Of a DNA stretch of 58,981 nt, positions 28,039 through 37,166 are shown in pieces (the stretch's first letter is position 1; each line of letters opens with the position of its first letter). The DNA comes from a virus (lineage: Duplodnaviria; Caudoviricetes). A program made the translations under genes and the position numbers. Under the pieces are notes generated by a model, which saw only the letters and a program-made list of their open reading frames with translations, did not search any database and was not told the DNA's origin. The DNA lies in IMG/VR virus record IMGVR_UViG_3300035670_000238, positions 1-58,981 of that record. One strand, given 5' to 3'.

Positions 28039-28434
28039 TTATTTCTCCTGTGAAGAACTTTTGCGGAAGTTGAAGACACGGTTAGTCGAGAAGTTGACGC
28101 CGGGTGGCGGTTCGCCATGAGCCTCGATGAAGCTCTTGACCCCAGACTTCGACGCACGGGCCTCGACCATATCCCAAGCATCGTTCTCTTTGCAGTACGC
28201 AAAGAAAGCTTCACGCGACGCTACCGTCGCAGTGTTATGCGTAGACCAGTACCCCGTACCAACAGCGGTCTTAACCGTCTCTAGTCCGTCTTCCTGAGCC
28301 TTCGCAGTAAACCAGTTCTCAAGCACTACAAGTTTTTGTGTCAGGACAGCTTTGGCTGCCTTGTGTTCTGCTTCTAATTTGTCAATCTCTGCACGAGTCT
28401 CTAAGTAGCGTTCTGCTGCAAGTTCGTAGTTCAT
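28039..28434 (-). CDS. Conserved replication-module protein (coiled coil, ...PPGV; Gp157/Gam-like)
   Basis: AAGGA RBS; N-terminal coiled coil, KT..GT.Y, PPGVN. Confidence 0.7.
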   Translation of the reverse strand: MNYELAAERYLETRAEIDKLEAEHKAAKAVLTQKLVVLENWFTAKAQEDGLETVKTAVGTGYWSTHNTATVASREAFFAYCKENDAWDMVEARASKSGVKSFIEAHGEPPPGVNFSTNRVFNFRKSSSQEK

Positions 28435-28458
28435 GATCGATTCCTTTGACTGTGTGTC

Positions 28459-30009
28459 CTACTGGTCACTGTTGACGCCGCGAACGAGCGCCAGGAATTC
28501 CGCCAACGTGTTCTGCTTGAGACGGAGTCGGCGGTATAACTCTGCCTCAAACTCTGTGGCCCAAATGTGCCACACAGTAGTTTTGCCGGTTGTAGACAAC
28601 CGACGAATTCGTGCATTGGCTTGCTCGTACTGTTCGAGTGAATAAATAGGTGCGTACCAGATGATGTCTTTAGCGCGCGTCAGTGTCAAGCCATGTGATG
28701 CAACTTTTGGATGAGCCAACAATATACGAATGCTATCAGTGTGCTGGAAGTCATTGAATATCTGATCCCTGTTCTTCTTGCTCGTATCGCCGTTGACCAA
28801 CGCTACGTCGTACTTGTCGATCTGTAACCGCTCAAAGAGCCATTTCTGCACGCCTTTCAGTGGGACGTAGATGATGACTTTGTCGCCGATCTCGTCCAGC
28901 AATTCAGTAAGCGTATTGTATCGCGCTGTTGCGTCGATAGCAATCGTTTGATTGTCGCCGTACACCACTCCACAGCAGATCTGCAACAATTTACTGAGCA
29001 CCACCGCTGCGTTCGGAGCCGTGACTTCTCCCGCTGCAAAAACTGTTACGGCTTTGTCCTTCATATCCTTGAAGGCCTTGGTTTGCTGTGGTGTCATCTC
29101 CGTGCGTCGGCCTACGAAGTTCGTGTCAGGCAGGTCCTTGCACTCGTCCAGCGAAAAGCGAATCGACGGTTGTAAGACCTTCTTGCAGATATCAAGCGCG
29201 TCCTTGCGAGGCACCCACTTAAACGTGGTTACCTTCTGCATGACCATGTCTTTGAATGTTGTGTAACTCCGTGGCGCAAGTGGTGCGTCTACAAGTCGCG
29301 CAAGCGACCATGCATCGGTCGGCGTCTGTGAGATCGGTGTGCCGGTCAGCAACCACAGCCACGGCTGATTCGTCTGCACCCACTTGTAAAACGTCTTGAA
29401 CCGCTGAGACCCCGGCGTCTTAAGCGCCGTTGCCTCGTCGTAGATCACGACATCGAAGCCTGTGAGCGACGACTGCATGTTGGTAAACCCGTCATGGTTG
29501 ATGATGACGTACTGCACACCGGGCTGCGCCAACAACTCCTCCCGCTTCTGTCGGGTACCTGTGCAGATCACGAACGAGCGATGCGGCAGGTGATGACGCA
29601 GCTCACGACCCCATACCACCTTGACCGTCGAGAGCGGGGCCACGATCAACACTTTGCGAGCATGTCCCTCCTGCAACAGAAAGTCCGCAGCCCAGATCGA
29701 GCTGAGGGTCTTGCCCGTCCCCGGCGCATTGAGGCACAACGCACGCTTGTGCATCGTCAGAAACGCAGCCGTCTCCTTCTGATGCTCCATCGGTGCGAAC
29801 CGCGCAGGCCAGTCGTAGAAGTGCAGGATGGGCGCAGGCACATGGAAGCCGAGGTTCTTCAGCACCAGCGACTCATCAATACCGTAGTCCATCGCCACGA
29901 GAGCTTCGCCATTGTGCGTGAACGCACGTGCATGCGGCACTGCGCTGGCAACGGCTGAGTTGGCCGTGCTGTTGATGACGATCTTCCGCTTCTCAGGGAT
30001 TACAAGCAT
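28459..30009 (-). CDS. SNF2-family helicase
   Basis: PGTGKT, IYDEATA, LTGTP, HGLTLT, QANARI.R. Confidence 0.92.
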   Translation of the reverse strand: MLVIPEKRKIVINSTANSAVASAVPHARAFTHNGEALVAMDYGIDESLVLKNLGFHVPAPILHFYDWPARFAPMEHQKETAAFLTMHKRALCLNAPGTGKTLSSIWAADFLLQEGHARKVLIVAPLSTVKVVWGRELRHHLPHRSFVICTGTRQKREELLAQPGVQYVIINHDGFTNMQSSLTGFDVVIYDEATALKTPGSQRFKTFYKWVQTNQPWLWLLTGTPISQTPTDAWSLARLVDAPLAPRSYTTFKDMVMQKVTTFKWVPRKDALDICKKVLQPSIRFSLDECKDLPDTNFVGRRTEMTPQQTKAFKDMKDKAVTVFAAGEVTAPNAAVVLSKLLQICCGVVYGDNQTIAIDATARYNTLTELLDEIGDKVIIYVPLKGVQKWLFERLQIDKYDVALVNGDTSKKNRDQIFNDFQHTDSIRILLAHPKVASHGLTLTRAKDIIWYAPIYSLEQYEQANARIRRLSTTGKTTVWHIWATEFEAELYRRLRLKQNTLAEFLALVRGVNSDQ

Positions 30010-30314
30010 AGTGACACCCACGCTGCGAATTCGTTCTCGAACCAGTCGATGTTTGTCTCACGAACAATCCACGCCTTGCCGCCTGCGAGTATGAACACCT
30101 CAAGCTCTTTGGCCTGATGTGCGGTAAGGTCCCCTTTGCCGAACTTGGTCTCGACAGCAAACGCACACCCGTTTACATGACCGACAAAGTCAGGGATCCC
30201 TGCGCGACCGAAGCCGTTGGCAGACGGCATGAACCACCACAACCGCCCGTGTTGCGCCGCAACTTCCTTGAACAGCTTCTTGACTCGGGCTTTGACATCG
30301 CTTTCGTTCTTCAT
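30000..30314 (-). CDS. VRR-NUC domain nuclease
   Basis: E..VK...G.AGIPD......G.AFAVETK...T..Q. Confidence 0.88.
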   Translation of the reverse strand: MKNESDVKARVKKLFKEVAAQHGRLWWFMPSANGFGRAGIPDFVGHVNGCAFAVETKFGKGDLTAHQAKELEVFILAGGKAWIVRETNIDWFENEFAAWVSLCL

Positions 30315-30997
30315 CTCTTTCTCCGTGGTCTTGCGTCGGGGCATATCTCTTGTGCAGGGCACCAGCCACACAGCGCTGACGGCTTGGGCGTAAACACGTC
30401 GACGTCTACCGTGTCCTGCACCTTCACAAACCGAGGCTCCAATGCCCCCCACAGTGCGCCAAGAAACCTTCGTTCATACGTTGCGTTTGTCGTATCGTTG
30501 TGAGCCAGCCAGATGAACGAGGTCTTGACCTTCTGCACCTGTGGGAAGTGCCACATGACCATGGCCGCGAACAACTGCAACTGTGATGGGTTGTCTTTGA
30601 CTTTGCCGGTCTTGTAGTCGCAGCAGTACGCGGTCTCACCGTTGACAATCAGCACGTCTGCTATCGACCGCAGCCATACATCACCTGCAAACCAGTCGAC
30701 AGGCTGAAGCTCGCGGTTTACTGCCATCTGATACTCGAAGTATTTCTCACCCGGTTGAGCCAGAATCTTGTCGACCAGCACTCCCCACCGCTCTCTCGTA
30801 TCCTGTGACTCAGGGTCCGTGCCGACCTCACGCCCCTGTCCGATCGCCTCCAACACGGCATGGACACGTTCGCCATACTGCGTTGCTTCGCCACCCGTAT
30901 CTTTGACTTTCTTGCTGACATACAAGTAATCGAATTTGGCTTCGCACTGCTCAAACGTCGACAGGCGACTGAAGGACAAGGGCATGAGTTTCGACAT
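30311..30997 (-). CDS. Cas4/RecB-like PD-(D/E)XK exonuclease
   Basis: SFSRL..FEQC, G..VH..LE, DYKTGK, QLQLFA, C.WCP...C. Confidence 0.9.
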   Translation of the reverse strand: MSKLMPLSFSRLSTFEQCEAKFDYLYVSKKVKDTGGEATQYGERVHAVLEAIGQGREVGTDPESQDTRERWGVLVDKILAQPGEKYFEYQMAVNRELQPVDWFAGDVWLRSIADVLIVNGETAYCCDYKTGKVKDNPSQLQLFAAMVMWHFPQVQKVKTSFIWLAHNDTTNATYERRFLGALWGALEPRFVKVQDTVDVDVFTPKPSALCGWCPAQEICPDARPRRKR

Positions 30998-31009
30998 CAA
31001 TGGCTCCGG

Positions 31010-32845
31010 TTATTTGGCTGCGCCGTAGCTCTCTCCATGCCCAGTCTCACAAGCGACAGGCAAGATGTGACGACACCACTTCGGTGCCATGGAGAGACAC
31101 TCCGACATGTAGGCTTCTGCGTCAGCAAGTTCATCTTTGTGCACCACCGTCACCGCCTCGTCGTGAACCGACAACTTGATGGGGTAGCGCTCGTTGATGC
31201 GTGCAGTTTGCCACATAACGACTTTCATTGCAGCATGTTGTGCCAGATTTTCTACGACCTTGGGTCCGAAGATCCGTACGCGGTTCTTGCCCATCTGATA
31301 CGTCCACTCTTTGCCGTCCCACTGAAGATCGTGGTACATGACACCGGGCTCGCCCGGGCGGCCGAAGCCCTCACGCTGCGTGATAAACCATCCGTTGTCA
31401 TCGACTGGGATCAGGCTGCATCCGTTCGCAATGTCCGGCAGGATGACATCGTTGCAGTGCTTCCATAGCTCCACCACACGTCCATGCACTTGTCTGTACA
31501 GATCCACCACGGCGTAGGCCCGGTTGAGGTCGATGGGTGTGACAGACGGATCAGCCCGTGCTGCGATGCGTACCATCTCCACGAACCGTTCAGCACCCGC
31601 TCCGTATTGCAGACCCAGCATGGCGGTCTTGCCGAGGAACCGCTCTGCCTTGTCAGCCTTGGTGATCGTGCGACCAAACAACTTGCTCGCGAAGTCGCAG
31701 TACAGATCGACCCCCGCGCGGAGTTTGTCTAGGACATCGTCTTGTCCTGCGAGTGCCATTACCACACGAAGCTCAATGTTCGAGGAGTCGCCTGCCAGCA
31801 CAACGTGACCCGGGGGCGCAAGCAATGCGTCCCGCAGTCCAGCCGACGGTCCGCGCGCTGGTAGGTTCTGCCAGTTGACCATATTGCCGCCAGAGTACCG
31901 ACCTGTGGTCTTCGCACCCCAGAAGTTCAGGAACACCGGCAACGGTCCACGCTGAGTCATCTCGACAAACCGCAGTGCCCGCGTCTCTGCGATCGTGGTT
32001 TTCACACCGAGTCGTGCAGCAACCAGCGCTTGCACCTGTGGGTTGTCGTGCTCCAGCAGATCCGTGAACTCTTTGTCGGTCTTGGCGAAGGCGTACGTCT
32101 CCTTGCCCGTGGTCTTGCTGATCTTGCGAGGCGCAGACACACCGAACATCTCCAGTGCTTCAGCGAACTTGTCGTTCGACATGATCGTCTCGCGATCTAC
32201 AAACGCTGAGTTCAGCAACTGCTCTTTGCGCTGCACCTCTGCCTGATACAACTCCTGCATCTTGTCTTTCTGCCCGATGAACTTGGGCTCGGTGAACATC
32301 CGCACCGTCATGTCGATCAGCCGCGCTTCAAGCGTCGGCGTGAACTTGTCCATCTCTTGTCCGATGCTGCGGCACAGCTCTGTGTCGTGCTTGCAATACT
32401 CGGCGTACTCGCTCAGGGCCTCGGGCGTGAAGTCCTCACGACGCTTGCCGATCGCATCCAGCACAGCCGTGCCCTTATCAGGCAGGTTGTAGAACTTCGC
32501 CATGTTCGCGAGCGAGTGTGACGGCAGCCATGGGTGCAGCATCCGAGCTTGAGCCACTGTGTCCATCCACAGGAACGGACGAATGCCGAACTTCTGTGTG
32601 AGGATGAACCCATCGAACATCGTGTTGTGGCAGCGCACGGCGCTGGTCCGCCATTCGAACTTGTTCAGCCACCGCTGAGTCTCTTCGAACGTACCGCTGA
32701 ACCACTCAGGCGGGTTATTGTTCACAGCCACACAAACCCCGATGACCTCGAACTGCCTGTCAAGCACGTACGCATCAGTCTGCATCTTCGACAACGAGAA
32801 GTCGCGGTCGTAATATGTCTCCATGTCTACCGTCAGGATGTCCAT
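31010..32845 (-). CDS. polA: DNA polymerase family A with 3'-5' exonuclease
   Basis: DMETY, HN.MFD, YCKHD (exonuclease); TGRYSG; DSSNIELR (A); R...KTAMLGLQYG (B); VHDE (C). Confidence 0.95.
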   Translation of the reverse strand: MDILTVDMETYYDRDFSLSKMQTDAYVLDRQFEVIGVCVAVNNNPPEWFSGTFEETQRWLNKFEWRTSAVRCHNTMFDGFILTQKFGIRPFLWMDTVAQARMLHPWLPSHSLANMAKFYNLPDKGTAVLDAIGKRREDFTPEALSEYAEYCKHDTELCRSIGQEMDKFTPTLEARLIDMTVRMFTEPKFIGQKDKMQELYQAEVQRKEQLLNSAFVDRETIMSNDKFAEALEMFGVSAPRKISKTTGKETYAFAKTDKEFTDLLEHDNPQVQALVAARLGVKTTIAETRALRFVEMTQRGPLPVFLNFWGAKTTGRYSGGNMVNWQNLPARGPSAGLRDALLAPPGHVVLAGDSSNIELRVVMALAGQDDVLDKLRAGVDLYCDFASKLFGRTITKADKAERFLGKTAMLGLQYGAGAERFVEMVRIAARADPSVTPIDLNRAYAVVDLYRQVHGRVVELWKHCNDVILPDIANGCSLIPVDDNGWFITQREGFGRPGEPGVMYHDLQWDGKEWTYQMGKNRVRIFGPKVVENLAQHAAMKVVMWQTARINERYPIKLSVHDEAVTVVHKDELADAEAYMSECLSMAPKWCRHILPVACETGHGESYGAAK

Positions 32846-32847
32846 TC

Positions 32848-33159
32848 TTATTCCTTCTCTAAGTTGCTAATTGCCAGTCGCTTCAGTATCAGGTCGCTGA
32901 TGTCTGCTGGTGTGTGGGCTATGAACGTCTCTCCATTGATCCGCACCACGTACCCATTGACTGCGTTATGAACTTCCATGCTGATGACGGTGTTGCCGGG
33001 GTATAAGGATCTACCGACAGCGATGTTGGTGCTGTGAGTTCCCAACCCCAACTTGCCCGATGAGTCTATGCTCATGTCATGCGATGGTGAGTAATACGGA
33101 ACCGAAGTTGTCAACGCTTTAGCCTGTTGATTAGTCGTATCACTTTGGTACATGTCCAT
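32848..33159 (-). CDS. Hypothetical protein
   Basis: GGAG RBS; tiled ORF with AVNGYVVRI. Confidence 0.65.
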   Translation of the reverse strand: MDMYQSDTTNQQAKALTTSVPYYSPSHDMSIDSSGKLGLGTHSTNIAVGRSLYPGNTVISMEVHNAVNGYVVRINGETFIAHTPADISDLILKRLAISNLEKE

Positions 33160-33334
33160 CTCCCGGGTGTTGTTGGGCTAGCTGGTCACGGAGTTGTTGG
33201 CTCAGCACCTTAGCTTCCAAGCAGAGCGTACGAGCCTCGACAAAGTTCTGGGCACACACCTGCCGCCAGATCTGATCGACCCGCGCTTTGAGTTCCAGAT
33301 ACACACCACTGTAGTCAACGATCGGTTCATTCAT
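33140..33334 (-). CDS. Hypothetical protein
   Basis: GGAGG RBS; tiled with neighbours. Confidence 0.7.
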   Translation of the reverse strand: MNEPIVDYSGVYLELKARVDQIWRQVCAQNFVEARTLCLEAKVLSQQLRDQLAQQHPGDGHVPK

Positions 33335-33719
33335 CTTTCATCCTCCGTGCAAATTCAGCCATGAGTTCTTGTGCAATCGCCTGTATGGCATAGGCCTCCT
33401 GCTCGCTGGCAGGCGTACGCTCACCAATCGTCTCGGTGTACCACTGCCACACGTGTACCGCCTCATGCACGAGCATGCCTGCAACTTCAATCGGGCTACG
33501 ATCTTTGTAGTCGCCTACGCATACGACGGACGTGATGGCACCCTCTTTATTGATCATATGGTGACTTGTTGCCCCAGCATTTTCTGAAACCCACTGATTG
33601 AAGTATATGACCTTGAGTTCCTTCATCACTTGCAGGTACTCGACCTCGGTCAGACACAACATCAAATACGGACCCGGACGTGCAACACGTCTATCCAACC
33701 ATTTAGTTTTTCGTTTCAA
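33327..33719 (-). CDS. HExxH-motif protein
   Basis: LVHEAVH...E.EAY. Confidence 0.75.
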   Translation of the reverse strand: MKRKTKWLDRRVARPGPYLMLCLTEVEYLQVMKELKVIYFNQWVSENAGATSHHMINKEGAITSVVCVGDYKDRSPIEVAGMLVHEAVHVWQWYTETIGERTPASEQEAYAIQAIAQELMAEFARRMKDE

Positions 33720-34072
33720 CGCTCTACTCCATTCAGCCGATCAGCAACAAGCTGCGCGTATCCTGCAATGTCCACCCACGAGTCTGCGTAGTCCGGGTCG
33801 CCGTTGATGATGCGGCCGATCTTGTGAGCAATCATCTCAAGCGCTTCGCGCTGATCTGCGGCCAGCACAAGGTTCGGGCGGCTGTTGAACATCACCGACT
33901 TGATCGCCTGTGTGACCTCCGCATGTCCAGTGAACTTGCCGTACCGCTTACCGCGCTCGTTAAGCGTAGCGGTGATATTGGTCGCTTCCATGTTTTTGTA
34001 AACCTCTTCTTCTGCTGGGGTTGTGACCCACGTGTTGATGACATCACCTAGTGTATACAGCGTTCTTTCCAT
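33716..34072 (-). CDS. DUF6378-like (dNTP pyrophosphohydrolase-related) protein
   Basis: L.ERG..YG.F...MI.HKI.RI..GDP.Y.DSW.DIAGYA.L; start position uncertain. Confidence 0.8.
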   Translation of the reverse strand: MERTLYTLGDVINTWVTTPAEEEVYKNMEATNITATLNERGKRYGKFTGHAEVTQAIKSVMFNSRPNLVLAADQREALEMIAHKIGRIINGDPDYADSWVDIAGYAQLVADRLNGVER

Positions 34073-34074
34073 GG

Positions 34075-34266
34075 CTAATCCCATAGTTTGAGTGTTTGTT
34101 GAACCTCTACCTTTCCGCACAGCAGGCATTTGCGTTTGTTGACGAATGCAGCGCTGTCTTCTCGGTATTCCCAGTTTCCCCATACATGCCAACATCGATC
34201 AGTGAGCATGCGTGCTACGAAAAAGATAAAGGCACCTATGAGCAGGTACGAGAGGTTCTCTAGCAT
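34075..34266 (-). CDS. Small membrane-anchored protein with Cys/His motif
   Basis: GGGAG RBS; N-terminal TM helix; C.H.W...RKCLLCGK. Confidence 0.65.
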   Translation of the reverse strand: MLENLSYLLIGAFIFFVARMLTDRCWHVWGNWEYREDSAAFVNKRKCLLCGKVEVQQTLKLWD

Positions 34267-34421
34267 GGTGGTTCTCCCAGTTCAGTGATCAGGTCATCGT
34301 AAGTTGCCGGTGAGTCCTTCTCCGGCGGAGGTGCTGTACGTGAATGAGTGATGAGAGTCTTCGGGAACGGCCATGGTACATCAACTTTCTTAGGCTTGTC
34401 ACTATCGTTCGAGTTTTCCAT
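34260..34421 (-). CDS. Hypothetical 53-aa protein (not in ORF track)
   Basis: MENSNDSDKPKKVDVPWPFP...LGEPPC; fills the gap between neighbours. Confidence 0.5.
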   Translation of the reverse strand: MENSNDSDKPKKVDVPWPFPKTLITHSRTAPPPEKDSPATYDDLITELGEPPC

Positions 34422-34593
34422 TGGGGTCACCCATACCTTCGACGGTTACGTTTTCAACGGGCATCTCATAAGTAGACCAGCGGTTGTCACAGCTTGTGCA
34501 ATCGCGCAGTCTCCACTTCCACCCAAACCGAGTGTCACGACGACTTTCTTTGACTTGCGACTGCCATGACCCGCATTCGGTGCACTGACTCAT
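34402..34593 (-). CDS. NrdR-N/Ogr-like zinc-ribbon protein
   Basis: C..C.....V.ESR......R.R.C..C..R.STYE. Confidence 0.8.
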   Translation of the reverse strand: MSQCTECGSWQSQVKESRRDTRFGWKWRLRDCTSCDNRWSTYEMPVENVTVEGMGDPNGKLER

Positions 34594-34775
34594 GCTTCCT
34601 TCTCCTTCTCATTTCGCACTACTCGTATTGGATCGAGGTTGATGAACAACTGCACAAGGCGTGGCACCTTGTCTTCGGCGATCCATCGTTTCACAGTACG
34701 TGGGGGTACATCGATGTAATGAGCGAACTCGGCCTGCGATACCCCCAGATGTTTCAGGTACTCACGTAGGGTCAC
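34590..34775 (-). CDS. XRE/Cro-like helix-turn-helix regulator
   Basis: LREYLKHLGVSQAEFA..I.V..RTV.RW. Confidence 0.85.
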   Translation of the reverse strand: MTLREYLKHLGVSQAEFAHYIDVPPRTVKRWIAEDKVPRLVQLFINLDPIRVVRNEKEKEA

Positions 34776-35019
34776 AGTTCTTCTCCTTCAGCTTTGCTTC
34801 GATGGCTTCAAGCGTTGATGCGCTAATGATGTAAAAACCAACTGGCGTATCCGGGTACCACTGTAGTGTCCAAACGCTATCGGTTGCGACTGCTTTTTTC
34901 CATTCCTGATCGCTGATGAATTGTTCACGGTTGTAATATTTTTCGACCGTTTCATAGTAGTCACGATGATCATTGTGAGACAAATACAAGCCGCATTTGT
35001 GTTCTGGCAGCCAGTTCAT
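34762..35019 (-). CDS. Hypothetical protein
   Basis: L.HN.H...Y...W.LQWYPDTPVGF; ends AIEAKLKEKN. Confidence 0.75.
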   Translation of the reverse strand: MNWLPEHKCGLYLSHNDHRDYYETVEKYYNREQFISDQEWKKAVATDSVWTLQWYPDTPVGFYIISASTLEAIEAKLKEKNCDPT

Positions 35020-35618
35020 GTGTTCTTCTCCTTTAGCTTTGCTTCGATGGCATATTTGAAATCCATCAACGTGTGGTAGTTGAACTTGTAGGTGTGGCTA
35101 TGGGCTGGGTCGGAGCTGTGCTTGTACTCCCAGCATTTGCGGTGTGCGATCTCTACCATCTCCTCATCCGTCAGCCCGACCCATTGGCGCGGTGCAGTGT
35201 AGAGAGGCACCGTATGTGGTGGGTCTGGCTCCATCACAAAACAATCGGGCCAGCCGTGAATGCGCTCGTCAACGTAAGCGACGGGTTGCTGCGTGATGGT
35301 AGGCGGTGCAGTGTAGAGCGGCACAAAATCAGGCAAACGCTTCGTCGGTTCGACGCGGCACATCGACGGCTCTCGCTGTGCGCTCTCTAGGTGAGTGCGC
35401 GGAATCCATACCGGCGTAGCTTTCTGTCGCGCACAGACCAAGCAACCATCACCGGGAATCAACGCTCGCCAGCCGCATTCCTTGCACAGTTCGAGTGAGG
35501 TTTGGTCGTACTGCTCGATGGCAGCGCGGAGAGCGGTGATGATTTGCTCGTCAATTTCATCGCCGTGACTATGGAACTCAAGCGCCTCCAACGCCTGCTT
35601 CATTGTTTCGATGCTCAT
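35016..35618 (-). CDS. Modular phage protein with PLYTAP repeats
   Basis: MKQALEALE...ALRAAIE, two PLYTAP, WVGLTDEE, AIEAKLKEKN. Confidence 0.8.
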   Translation of the reverse strand: MSIETMKQALEALEFHSHGDEIDEQIITALRAAIEQYDQTSLELCKECGWRALIPGDGCLVCARQKATPVWIPRTHLESAQREPSMCRVEPTKRLPDFVPLYTAPPTITQQPVAYVDERIHGWPDCFVMEPDPPHTVPLYTAPRQWVGLTDEEMVEIAHRKCWEYKHSSDPAHSHTYKFNYHTLMDFKYAIEAKLKEKNT

Positions 35619-35661
35619 AGCCAACTCCCTTTCAATATGACGTAGTACAGACGGTTCCGGA

Positions 35662-36057
35662 TCATTCCTTACCTCTTAATTCATCCGTTGTTCTGATGTT
35701 AGTCGGCACAGGTAACAACCGTCCTGATCTTGTACGCCATTTCCACCGCATGCCGACAACTGCGCGATAGAGTTCATAACCGTAGCCGTCATGGTTAAAA
35801 ACGTGCTCACGAACATCTTCCTCGACCCCGCCATATACAAACCCTCCGCACTCGTCTTGCAGCCAGTTGCGCACTCCCATGCAGTGCGAACAGGTTTTGT
35901 GGTTGGTAAATTTCCCATCAAAGACAAAAGCATCGACGTGATACCGCTCGCCAGCATCAATGACGCGAAAGCACTCGCGGCATTTGTGCGGAGTCTTGGC
36001 TGTTTGAGTTTTTTCGCGTAGCAACTCTACGTACTCAGCATCATCGGTCATGCACAT
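35662..36057 (-). CDS. Cys-rich hypothetical protein
   Basis: HKCREC...I..GE.Y...KTCSHC. Confidence 0.75.
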   Translation of the reverse strand: MCMTDDAEYVELLREKTQTAKTPHKCRECFRVIDAGERYHVDAFVFDGKFTNHKTCSHCMGVRNWLQDECGGFVYGGVEEDVREHVFNHDGYGYELYRAVVGMRWKWRTRSGRLLPVPTNIRTTDELRGKE

Positions 36058-36074
36058 GATTAGTCCGTCCTGTT

Positions 36075-36302
36075 TTAGTATTTCCACGTAGCAGCTTTCA
36101 CTGCCCACATCTGCCCGGTCTGAATCTCGGTAATGGCAATGCTCGCCATCCGTGCAATCTCAGCGTTGGGTTGGTTTGTACGCAGCTCGTTGATCTCGTC
36201 AATTAACTCAGCGGCCTTTCGCTTGATTTCATCAACCGTCGGGTCGTTGCTGGGGTTAAACGTCAGGCCAACTGCTTTCATACCAAAGGTCAAATCACTC
36301 AT
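36075..36302 (-). CDS. Acb2/Tad1-like helical hairpin protein (candidate anti-defence nucleotide sponge)
   Basis: AGGAG RBS; FNPS...V..IK..AAELID...R.ASIAITEIQTGQMWAVKA. Confidence 0.65.
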   Translation of the reverse strand: MSDLTFGMKAVGLTFNPSNDPTVDEIKRKAAELIDEINELRTNQPNAEIARMASIAITEIQTGQMWAVKAATWKY

Positions 36303-36338
36303 TTCAAGCTCCTGTTGCGGTTAAAAAACTTTTGACGC

Positions 36339-36569
36339 TCATAGCTCAACTCCAAAATGTTTTTTCAAGACACGAGCAACTTCGTGACCACTTACCCCAG
36401 AATTGCCGTATACAAATTCGAACAAGTCGGCACATTCCCTGACAATCAACTCGGCAAACGCCTCTATTTCATCGCCTACCAATGAATCCTGCGAGCAATC
36501 GTTCAGCCCGTTAGTCTTTTCAAACTCTGCTCCGGCTCGTTCAGCAAGTTCACGGATTCGTTTGTTCAT
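36339..36569 (-). CDS. Hypothetical protein
   Basis: MN.RI.ELAE.AG...FAELIVRECA...KHFGV. Confidence 0.8.
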   Translation of the reverse strand: MNKRIRELAERAGAEFEKTNGLNDCSQDSLVGDEIEAFAELIVRECADLFEFVYGNSGVSGHEVARVLKKHFGVEL

Positions 36570-36697
36570 CTTCGCCTCCACAAAAATCGCAACGTCAGTC
36601 CATCAACGAAGTTCTTCTTGAACCGCGTCTCAGGTGCCCAGATCACATAGCCAAGCACGATGCCCACGGCCCAGCCAATGAAGAAAAATTTGGTCAT
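36566..36697 (-). CDS. 43-aa membrane protein (not in ORF track)
   Basis: ATGA coupling at both ends; GAGG RBS; MTKFFFIGWAVGIVLGYVIWAP. Confidence 0.7.
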   Translation of the reverse strand: MTKFFFIGWAVGIVLGYVIWAPETRFKKNFVDGLTLRFLWRRR

Positions 36698-36945
36698 TTC
36701 TCACCTCGTGCTTTTGCAATGGCGGCGCGGTCTCCACCGATCAATCCATGCGCTATATGGCCACATACAGTTAGATCAGCCCTGCGAAGGTTGTGCTCTG
36801 CAATCCACTCCAGCGTTTCCAGCAGTTTCTGATTGAGCTCATGCAGGCGGCGCAGTTCGGCGGCGGCTTGCATCATGTGGACCACCTGCGTCCATTCGCC
36901 TTCAAGCTGGTCAGCCAACCGCAACGCTTCGGGTTGTGTGCTCAT
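36694..36945 (-). CDS. Hypothetical protein
   Basis: QPEALRLAD.L...AAELRRLH...RAAIAKARGE. Confidence 0.8.
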   Translation of the reverse strand: MSTQPEALRLADQLEGEWTQVVHMMQAAAELRRLHELNQKLLETLEWIAEHNLRRADLTVCGHIAHGLIGGDRAAIAKARGEK

Positions 36946-37166
36946 ATCTCCCCCTGCAGCACTTTGGCTGCGTGCAAGTAGTAGTTGTACTGACCACCAG
37001 ACCGCTCGTGCAGGCGCTCCAGGATCAGGATGCACCGATCACGCTCGTAGGCTGCAACACGCTCTACAACGCGCATCAGAAATGCCAGATCCTTCTCTGG
37101 CGTCTCCGATAGCTCCCAGAACGCTCCGGCCTCGGCAGCGATCTTCAGGATTTTGTTTTGGTTCAT
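36942..37166 (-). CDS. Hypothetical protein
   Basis: ATGA-coupled; I.KIAAEAG...ER..C pattern. Confidence 0.75.
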   Translation of the reverse strand: MNQNKILKIAAEAGAFWELSETPEKDLAFLMRVVERVAAYERDRCILILERLHERSGGQYNYYLHAAKVLQGEI

